From contig NIVC01003562.1 of assembly GCA_002269645.1 (NCBI GenBank), positions 1 through 64,000 on the forward strand: a DNA stretch of 64,000 bases, written 5' to 3'. The DNA comes from Macrostomum lignano (Eukaryota). The notes beneath the pieces are model-generated. The model ran no database searches. It saw only the letters and a list, made by a program, of their open reading frames with translations, and was not told the origin of the DNA. This document shows, in pieces, positions 50,701 through 59,559 of this stretch; position 1 is the stretch's first letter; every line of letters starts with the position of its first letter. Both the position numbers and the translations under genes were made by a program.

Positions 50701-53700
50701 CCTCAGACCGCCATCAGACACCTCAGACCGCCATCAGACACCTCAGACCGCCATCAGACACCTCAGACCGCCATCAGACACCCCAGACCGCCATCAGACA
50801 CCTCAGACCGCCATCAGACACCTCAGACCGCCATCAGACACCTCAGACCGCCATCAGACACCTCAGACCGCCATCAGACACCTCAGACCGCCATCAGACA
50901 CCTCAGACCGCCATCAGACACCTCAGACCGCCATCAGACACCTCAGACCGCCATCAGACACCTCAGACCGCCATCAGACACCTCAGACCGCCATCAGACA
51001 CCTCAGACCGCCATCAGACACCTCAGACCGCCATCATACATCTCATGACGCCATTAAAAACTATATATGGTCTCATTTAGGCACCCAAAACAGTAGAAAA
51101 TGCCAAACCAAACTCACAGATCGATGACAGCTCGATACTGATTGGACTGCAGCACCGAAGGCTCGGCTAAGTGTACAACTAGGTCGATTTCGGCAGCGCT
51201 GCAATTAGCATCGGCACTGCCAGCTCCGCAAATCCAAGACTTCAACCGGTAGTTTAAGGCCAGCTGGGCCGCGATTTCAGCGGTGGCGCAGTCCAGGATT
51301 AGAATTGATTTTGACTGAGCCGGATGAATTAGCAGTTCGTTTCCGTCAATCTGATAGTGTGTCCGAGAGTGTCCGAGTTGGAAGTATGAGATGTAAAATA
51401 TTCGAGTTTCGGATATTTATAGTATGATTTTAGGGGATATTGTGTCTGAGTTTAGGGGATATTGTGTCCGAGTTTAAGGGATTATAGTGTCCGAGTTAAA
51501 GGGATTATAGTGTCTGAGTTTAGAGGACTATAGTTTCCCAGTTTAGAGGATTATAGTGTCCTAGTTTAGGTGAAATAGTGTCCGAGTTTAGGTGATATAG
51601 TGTCCGAGTTTAGGTGATATAGTGTCCGAGTTTAGGTGACATAGTGTCCGAGTTTAGGTGACATAGTGTCCGAGTTTAGGTGATATAGTGTCCGAGTTTA
51701 TGTGATATAGTGTCCGAGTTTAGGTGACAGTGTCCGAGTTTAGGTGATATAGTGTCCGAGTTTAGGAGATTATAGTGTCCGAGTTTAGGGGATTATAGTG
51801 TCCGAGTTAAAGGGATGTGTCCGAGTTTAGGCGCTACTGTGTCGAAGTTTAAGGAATTATAGTGTCTCGAGACCGAGTTAGGGGATATTGTGTCCGAGTT
51901 TAGGATATAGTGTCCAAATTTTGGGACACGTGTCCGAGTTTTAGGATTATAGTATCTGTAGTGCGCTTGTGTGCTGAGAAAATCATGGTCTCATGGACCG
52001 TATATTTGAGCTACTATATAGTATCACTGCCGACGTGCGGCTACAATGTTACGCAATAGTTGAGGGACAAGTGGCAGTGCACGTTGGTCGAGAGGGCCAT
52101 GGTTAGTCATCACAGAAGAGTACTAGTAAAGGCATAGATTGGGCGTACACTACATCTCTCCCCCAACCAAAAAGGTACAAAGTCTGTAATTCGATTAACG
52201 GAGATTAACGGAACGAGATTTCGGAACAGTTGTGTTAGTTTGCCGTTGAGTGCAATTTACGTATGCATGTACATGTGATAATTAGTAGTCTGCAGTCTGC
52301 AGTTAGTAGGATGAGGCTCCGTTTCGCTGGCCTTGTGGTTTGCTGACGTGCTGTCGTGGGGCCAGTGGACCTCCCAAATGCCGTCGCACCCTTCGGTCGC
52401 CTGGCGGAGCGCCGATCGAAATTAGCGGCGTGCGCCGTCTGGTCACCAGCTTCCAGCCGGGCTCGGACGGCTGCTGAACGTCTGCTGTGTCTGCCGGCCG
52501 GCCGGCTGAGAGCGTCTCGCTCGCGCCAACGCCTCCGATGTCCTGGCGCTGGCGTCTCCTTGACACAGCCGCCTGCGCCTGCCGCGCCATGCCAGGCCAC
52601 CAGAATTTCCTTCTCAGCCGGTCGATGGCCTTCCTCCTGCCAAATTGACCCTGGTGGGCTCAACTGACGGTCTGCTGCTGAAGCGCTGCGGGTACAACGA
52701 TTCTGTTGTCCCTGAGCAGCACGCCGTCACGCACTTGGAGCTCATCCTTGAGCGAGTGGAAGCTGCCGGCCTGGGCTGTAGCGCCGGAGCGCCAGTTGCC
52801 AGTTGCCAACGCCTGCATGACGAAGGTCAGAGCCGGGTCCCCCGCTGTGGCATCGCGGACGCTCTTGATGGTCGGGCCTTCCGGTGCGGACTTGACGGAG
52901 TTGAGCTGCTGCAGCGGTACGTTGTCCTGGACTGGTTGCGCGTTTAGAGAATCGCTCAGACTTGTTGTCTCTCTGGCCGGTGCGCGGGCCTGCGTCCCCA
53001 GACTCAGCAGCTGCAGGGATGTCGAGGTTGCACGGCCGAGCACGCTGGTGCCGGTCCCTGGGACGATGATGAAGCTGGCGCGCCGGACCATTGAGCCAAC
53101 CGAAACCTGCAGGCTGCAGGCTCCCACAGTGCGCAGAGGTTTAGCTGATCGAAATGAGAAAATCTTCTTTGTCGTCGGCTGCAGGCCTGGGGGTCCCGGG
53201 AGCTCTCGCCAGGCTGCCTCGGTGAGGATGTTACAGTCGGCTCCGCTGTCCACCAGCACCTGCACTGGAGTCGCTTCTACCAGCACCGTGGCAAGAGCCA
53301 CTGTTGCGTTCTTGTCGGAGGCCATCACGGTCAGGCAGAAGACGTCGTCCTCTTCGCCCGAACTGTCGCTGCCGACCCGCAGAGCTCGCACGTCCTCCGG
53401 CCGGGACAGGCAGGCCTTGGCGAGGTGATTCGGCTTGCCGCATCGGTTGCAGGTCTTGCCTAACGCTGCGCTGCAGCTGCGGTGGCCGAAGTTGCCGCAG
53501 TGGATGCACTTTGGCTGCGTGCGATCGGCTGCCTGCGTGGCTGATCTCTGCGGCTGCTCTGGCGGGCTGGACTCGCGCTTCCGCAACCGCTGCACGGTCG
53601 CTGCGCTGGTCTCCATGAGGCTGGCCTGCGCCTCCGCTGCCTCCATGGCCCTGGCCACCCGGACCGCCTGGGCCAGGTCCACGTTGTCCATGGCCAGCAG

Positions 53701-56700
53701 CTTCCTGCGGAGCTGCTCGGAGCTGCAGCCGGCGATCAGCTGGTCGCGGATCAGCGAGTCCCGGAGGCCTTCGAATTTGCAGCAGTCCGCGGTGTTGTTG
53801 AGCCGCCGCAGCCAGTCGTCCAGGGACTCTCCGGTCTGCTGGGTGCACAGCCGGAACTGGTAGCGGGTGAAGGGCAGGTTGAGCTGGCTGGTGAAGTGCT
53901 CATTGAGAGCCTTGATGAGCTTGTCGACGTCATCACTGGTGTCGGCGAGTCCGGCTGCAATGGCCTGCAGGTCCTCGCCCGCTGTGTATAGAAGGAGTTG
54001 GCGAAGTCGCTTCTTGTCAGAGATATCAGCAGCCGCGGCGAACAGCTGGAACTGAGCCAGCCACTTGTTCCACTTCGTATGTGCCGCATGAGGCTCTTCG
54101 CGCAAGTTCAATGTGGGTGGTGTGGGTAGGCTTGCTTGCGACGCCATTGTAGTGCGCTTGTGTGCTGAGAAAATCATGGTCTCATGGACCGTATATTTGA
54201 GCTACTATATAGTATCACTGCCGACGTGCGGCTACAATGTTACGCAATAGTTGAGGGACAAGTGGCAGTGCACGTTGGTCGAGAGGGCCATGGTTAGTCA
54301 TCACAGAAGAGTACTAGTAAAGGCATAGATTGGGCGTACACTACAGTATCCGAGTTTAAGGACATAGTTTACGAGCTATAAATTATGTTGTCCATTTTTT
54401 CTTGTTTCCCGACTACTAAAGGACTTGAAAGAATAAATTTTATGGTTTTGACGCAATAGATAAAATCCGAACAATAAAAATAAATAAAACTCACCACTCT
54501 CCCATCGGGCAGTTCAACAGACTCTCCAGCTTTAAGTTTTTTAGCCGTTACGCCATCTTTGAGCATGGAGCTAAAATATACAGGTTAAGAAAACGAAACT
54601 TAAAGATCTGGGAGGCTGGCCCAGCGACTGAGGATCTGGGAGGCTGGCCCAGCGACTGAGGATCTGGGAGGCTGGCCCAGCAACTGACACTCTGGGAGGC
54701 TGACCCAGCAACTGAGGATCTGAGAGGCTGGCCCAGCAACTGAGGATCTGAGAGGCTGGCCCAGCAACTGAGGATCTAAGACTACTAAGAGGCTGGCCCA
54801 GCAACTGAGGATCTGAGAGGCTGGCTTAGCAACTGAGGACCTGAGAGGCTGGCCCAGCAACTGAGGATCTGGGAGGCTGGCCCAGCAACTGAGGATCTGG
54901 GAGGCTGGCCCAGCAACTGAGGATCTGGGAGGCTGACCCAGCAACTGAGGATCTGAGAGGCTGGCCCAGCAACTGAGGATCTGGGAGGCTGACCCAGCAA
55001 CTGAGGATCTGAGAGGCTGGCCCAGCAACTGAGGATCTGGGAGGCTGGCCCAGCAACTGAGGATCTAAGAGGCTGGCCCAGCAACTGAGGATCTGAGAGG
55101 CTGGCTTAGCAACTGAGGACCTGAGAGGCTGGCCCAGCAACTGAGGATCTGGGAGGCTGGCCCAGCAACTGAGGATCTGGGAGGCTGACCCAGCAACTGA
55201 GGATCTGAGAGGCTGGCCCAGCAACTGAGGATCTGGGAGGCTGACCCAGCAACTGAGGATCTGAGAGGCTGGCCCAGCAACTGAGGACCTGAGAGGCTGG
55301 CCCAGCAACTGAGGATCTGAGAGGCTGGCCCAGCAACTGAGGATCTGAGAGGCTGGCTTAGCAACTGAGGACCTGAGAGGCTGGCCCAGCAACTGAGGAT
55401 CTGGGAGGCTGGCCCAGCAACTGAGGATCTGGGAGGCTGGCCCAGCAACTGAGGATCTGAGAGGCTGGCCCAGCAACTGAGGATCTGGGAGGCTGACCCA
55501 GCAACTGAGGATCTGAGAGGCTGGCCCAGCAACTGAGGATCTGGGAGGCTGGCCCAGCAACTGAGGATCTGGGAGGCTGGCCCAGCAACTGACACTCTGG
55601 GAGGCTGGCCCAGCAACTGAGGCTCTGGGAGGCTGGCCCAGCAACTGAGGATCTGGGAGGCTGGCCCAGCAACTGAGGACCTGAGAGGCTGGCCCAGCAA
55701 CTGACACTCTGGGAGGCTGGCCCAGCAACTGGGGACCTACACATCTACTGAGAAAGAAAGTATATTAAAACAATTTTAAACCTAACTCACACAGGAAAGT
55801 TCATTTGAACTGCCTTGAGCATGTCCAGCTTAGCAGGCAAAGGATTTGGCTAAAATATTTAGATTAACAAAAATTAAAATTGTTATATCATATAGCAAAG
55901 TTGAACAAAATTATTATATAAAAAACCAATTACCTTAAACAGATAGCAATAAGATTGAGCAGTAGCTGAAATCAAGTAGTATGATAAGTGAATATAAAAA
56001 ACTTTTTTTTATTTCACAAAGAATTTCTCCATCAAAGCAAAAACACTCACAAGCGGTGCACCTGGCATTCAAGCTGGCGACTTGAAATACAGGATCGGCA
56101 AAGTCCGAGGACGCGTTGTACTCTTAAAAGAAAAGAAAGTACAAAGAGAGACATTAAGACAATATAAATCAGTCCTGAAGAGCTACTAAGTCATCGCTTA
56201 CCGATCTTCATCCCACCGGGCGAATCAGCAAACTTCGACATTAAATTATTGACTTCTTTCTGCAATCGATATTGGTAAAACTGTGTATAGATATAACCCA
56301 TCACATGCCTAACGATTAGAAAGTCAGGGTTGCTGTACACGCTGTGGTTGACACAAGATACGGTGGTTTTTAGAGATAAGACACAGATATACGTATGGTC
56401 ACGCTACAGTGGGGGTTGCAGCCTAGTGGTTAGAGGGTCGCACTCATGACTGAAAAGGTCGGGGGTTCGATTCCCGATTCCCACTGGAACAATTTGTGTC
56501 CTTGAGCAAGACACTTGACTCTGCATTGCTTTGTTCACCCAGCTGTAAAATGGGTGCCAGCATTAGCTGTGGTAATTGAGGCTGTGTGTGGCGACCCCCC
56601 AGTCCTTGGACTGAACAGCCGTACGCAGCCTTCAGATGCGCTGCGCAATAGCTGCGGCTGAGCTGTCGGTTGCACATCTGCCCATTAGGGCAGGTGTAAT

Positions 56701-57553
56701 TAATTAATACTATTATGGTTACGAAATTCATATTTCCCAATTTAAATATCTAGTAATATTAAAGGTTATTCAATAACTGAGACTTGAAAGACCTAAAACA
56801 TTACTTGAGCCTTTAATTCAATGGATGTGAGGGGGGTACAGCAGTGGAAAAGAACGAGTTTATCCAGTTTCCAAGCTTTTGTGAGGGGAACTTTGAAGTC
56901 TATCAAACAAGAGATACTATCCGATCACAATCCGTCTGCACACAATATATATTAATATTAATACATACATTAAATACAAGCAGCTTACAACAATGGGTGG
57001 GCCGTGCAAGTTCACTGCAGACTGCAGACCAGCTCCGCTAATGTTCAAACAGGTGCCTAAAAATATAACAATAATCTATTATATCTTAACTAGCACTGCG
57101 ATAATGCAAATGATTTATTGCCATTGCAATTTGTGCTCACCAATGATTCCCGCGCACAGATCCCATTGATTTCCAGTAATAAATATGTGCGATATCTTCG
57201 AGAACTTGGTTCTAGAAAATTTAACAACACCAATTATCAGTTCAAGAACAGGTGATAAAACTTATTAAACATAATTTATAGGCGCATACCCGGACTCTTG
57301 CAGCACCCGTGAGATGCCCTCAGGCGCATTAATTAGGTAGCTGAAGTGTATAAATATGATTATTATGCAAGATAAAAAATTGCAAACATATTGTTGTATA
57401 ATTGAAGCTGCTAAACGCAGTTTTCCTTCAGTCGATAAATATTCAATTAAATGATAAATAGATAGGCAGATAGATAGAAAGATAGATAGATAGAGATAGA
57501 TATATAGATAGATAGATAGATAGATAGAAAGATAGATAGATAGAGATAGATAT

Positions 57554-57638
<85 letters not shown>

Positions 57639-57643
57639 GATAT

Positions 57644-57720
<77 letters not shown>

Positions 57721-57797
57721 GATATATAGATAGATAGATAGATAGAAAGATAGATAGATAGATAAATAGCGATCTATATCTATTTAGATAGATAGAC

Positions 57798-57835
<38 letters not shown>

Positions 57836-58011
57836 AAGATAGATAGATAGATAGATAAATAGCGATTTATATCTATATAGATAGATGATAGATAGATAGA
57901 TAGATAGATAGATAGAAAGATAGATAGATAGATAAATAGCGATTTATATCTATATAGATAGATAGATGATAGATAGATAGATAGATATATAGATAGATAA
58001 GCAGACAGGCC

Positions 58012-58055
<44 letters not shown>

Positions 58056-58056
58056 C

Positions 58057-58119
<63 letters not shown>

Positions 58120-58146
58120 CACAGACAGACAGACAGACAGACAGAA

Positions 58147-58203
<57 letters not shown>

Positions 58204-58204
58204 C

Positions 58205-58243
<39 letters not shown>

Positions 58244-58268
58244 CACAGACAGACACACAGACAGACAC

Positions 58269-58343
<75 letters not shown>

Positions 58344-58820
58344 CACAGACAGACACACAGACAGACAGACAGAGAGACACACAGACAGACAGACAGACAG
58401 ACAAACAAACAGACAGACACACAGACACACATACAGACAGACATACAGACAAACAGATAAGGACAGCAGATAACCAGACATTGATAAATTATACTGACAG
58501 AAACAACTAGACAGATATGAGTAAGTGAGCAAATGTAGCTACGAGTACTACAAGACAAAATTGACAAATGATTTACTTCAGCCTCACCTATTATGAGCTG
58601 TGACAACAACCAGACTCTTCTGTGGCGACAGAACACTTCCACTTGAGAGGAATATGGTAGAAATGATTGGCGAACCAATAGCAGCCATGGCTGTGTCAAC
58701 AGGGCCAACAAAGACTTGTCTTTTTAATTTAAATGACAAGCCTGGTCTTTGTCTAACCACCAGAGATAATAAATTCTGACAGGCAAGTTGATTAAAACAA
58801 TGGAGAAATTTTCTTTGCAT
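35749..58820 (-). CDS. ELAC2: Long-form RNase Z (tRNA 3' endonuclease), 883 aa, 18 exons: 58820-58588, 57340-57290, 57211-57141, 57056-56989, 56280-56202, 56122-56051, 55965-55934, 55849-55791, 54570-54495, 51350-51118, 42664-42502, 41298-41161, 40399-40065, 39443-39302, 38522-38353, 38102-37994, 36871-36692, 36189-35749
   Basis: All junctions are GT-AG with matching phases (2652 nt). Motifs: YLINAPEG (pseudo-motif), exosite [27 protein letters not shown] (PxKxRN), LLDCGEG, SHMHLDH (HxHxDH), [31 protein letters not shown]. Confidence 0.96.
36315..36640. repeat. ~17 bp degenerate repeat (atctaatctcactgcat), ELAC2 intron 17
   Basis: Direct inspection. Confidence 0.8.
36915..37960. repeat. 24 bp minisatellite (gagtggattaactcacgattctta), ELAC2 intron 16
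   Basis: Tandem units with 26 bp (+ag) variants. Confidence 0.95.
38575..39145. repeat. G-rich ~44 bp minisatellite (gggcggattatggggggagggtagatcatggagggcggatttga-like), ELAC2 intron 14
   Basis: Tandem units. Confidence 0.9.
39535..40020. repeat. 28 bp minisatellite (ctaccaatctgcctacctacctgtttat), ELAC2 intron 13
   Basis: Tandem units. Confidence 0.92.
40505..41095. repeat. Degenerate ttcgaatcttcaca-based repeat, ELAC2 intron 12
   Basis: Tandem cores with ~16 bp and ~34 bp periods. Confidence 0.85.
41335..42462. repeat. 44 bp minisatellite (acacctgacactaatgtctatgactcctgacacattgttaacct), ELAC2 intron 11
   Basis: Tandem units. Confidence 0.95.
42812..51040. repeat. 20 bp minisatellite (atcagacacctcagaccgcc) filling ELAC2 intron 10, interrupted at 45348-48136
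   Basis: Long near-perfect runs plus a recurrent variant cassette (ttaaagtgccatctgacacc...). Confidence 0.97.
45348..48136. mobile_element. 2.8 kb non-autonomous foldback DNA transposon: very long TIRs with internal ~151 bp tandem units, CAG...CTG termini, TTAA target duplication (Sola3-like by inference)
   Basis: About 45348-46720 is the reverse complement of about 46942-48136. TTAA lies at 45344-45347 and 48137-48140. The host unit acaccttaaagtgcc is split exactly at TTAA. No transposase ORF. Confidence 0.88.
51355..51955. repeat. ~22 bp degenerate minisatellite (atagtgtccgagtttaggtgat), ELAC2 intron 9; resumes at 54346
   Basis: Tandem gtgtccgagtt cores on both sides of the LTR element. 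Confidence 0.9.
51957..54345 (-). mobile_element. Internally deleted Ty3/Gypsy LTR retrotransposon with identical 198 bp LTRs (51957-52154, 54148-54345)
   Basis: LTRs run tgtagtg...cactaca and match base for base by eye; 5 bp TSD gtatc on both sides; PPT ggttgggggagaga at 52168-52155; PBS-like tggcgtcgc from 54146. Confidence 0.96.
52660..54147 (-). CDS. Gag-protease ORF of the LTR element, fused in frame to the pre-integrase segment
   Basis: Gag WNKWLAQF...LLLYTAG...LIRDQLIAG; zinc knuckles [12 protein letters not shown] and [14 protein letters not shown]; protease VLVDSGAD; then DPAL...[21 protein letters not shown] and RNase H are absent. Confidence 0.9.
   Translation of the reverse strand: MASQASLPTPPTLNLREEPHAAHTKWNKWLAQFQLFAAAADISDKKRLRQLLLYTAGEDLQAIAAGLADTSDDVDKLIKALNEHFTSQLNLPFTRYQFRLCTQQTGESLDDWLRRLNNTADCCKFEGLRDSLIRDQLIAGCSSEQLRRKLLAMDNVDLAQAVRVARAMEAAEAQASLMETSAATVQRLRKRESSPPEQPQRSATQAADRTQPKCIHCGNFGHRSCSAALGKTCNRCGKPNHLAKACLSRPEDVRALRVGSDSSGEEDDVFCLTVMASDKNATVALATVLVEATPVQVLVDSGADCNILTEAAWRELPGPPGLQPTTKKIFSFRSAKPLRTVGACSLQVSVGSMVRRASFIIVPGTGTSVLGRATSTSLQLLSLGTQARAPARETTSLSDSLNAQPVQDNVPLQQLNSVKSAPEGPTIKSVRDATAGDPALTFVMQALATGNWRSGATAQAGSFHSLKDELQVRDGVLLRDNRIVVPAALQQQTVS
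54605..55737. repeat. 28 bp minisatellite (ctgggaggctggcccagcaactgaggat), ELAC2 intron 8
   Basis: Tandem units. Confidence 0.95.
56411..56716 (+). mobile_element. tRNA-derived CORE-like SINE, copy 2 (ELAC2 intron 4, antisense to the gene)
   Basis: A and B boxes; tRNA-Met-like loop ctcatga; tgtgtccttgagcaagacacttgac...ctgtaaaatggg; body collinear with 18497-18805. Confidence 0.85.
57460..58450. repeat. Compound (GATA)n-(GACA)n microsatellite, ELAC2 intron 1
   Basis: Direct inspection. Confidence 0.97.
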
Positions 58821-59559
58821 ATTATTACAAATTTATAAGCATTTCAGTGTTAGCAGCACTAACCATGCAAAGAAATGTAATTATTTATAAAAATGATTTA
58901 TTACAAAACTGGAGCATTTTGCTATACCTTTTAAGATTTGCATCATGCATTTAATAATAAAAAAGCCTTTTTGATAATCCTTTACTTTGAAGACTAATGA
59001 AAATTATTGTATAAAAACCTTCTAACCATGCAAGTAATAATTTGCTTGGTACCTAAAAGACTTAGGCAATTATAAACGTCACTAAGTGTTTGATTTCTAA
59101 GACTGAAAATTAATTAAGACTTTTATATTTATATTTAAACTGCACATTCTAAATTTATACTTTGGTTGTAAACTTTTCTTTTCAAAAACAAAAGTAGCTA
59201 TATAAGCAAAAATAGTTTACTTAGTTAGTTTCCTCTAATTTTCTGCATACAAAATCCCTAAATCTGCTACCTAAAGGATGTAAAAATAAATTTTTCAAAA
59301 GCCCTCCTAAAATTCAAAACTTTTTCTAAAAGCTTCCATGTGCATTAAGAACCTTTGAAGTTCTCTGAGGACTTTTATAGTATTTGCCATTTAATAAAAC
59401 ATTAAGCAAAATTATGATGCAAAGGCCAAACCAAAAATTAAGTATATGAAGCATACAAACAAGGAAAGAATTAGATGTGAAATAATCTACCCATGAGAAG
59501 TGTTTATAAAAAAATACTTATAGTAGAGGAGAAAGAGGTAAAGGAAATATGAAGTTGTG

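Noticed and set aside
42812-51080. Long ORFs of 220-447 aa ([20 protein letters not shown] repeats)
   Set aside because: They are translations of a stop-free 20 bp repeat, antisense within an ELAC2 intron; the 20 aa period equals 3 DNA units.
52235-54089. Multiple overlapping ORFs on both strands of the LTR element
   Set aside because: Shadow ORFs of GC-rich gag-pol codon usage; only the 52660 frame and its post-stop continuation show retroelement motifs.
54600-58711. ORFs [11 protein letters not shown]... and SVCL.../LSIY...
   Set aside because: Products of the 28 bp and GATA/GACA repeats in ELAC2 introns.
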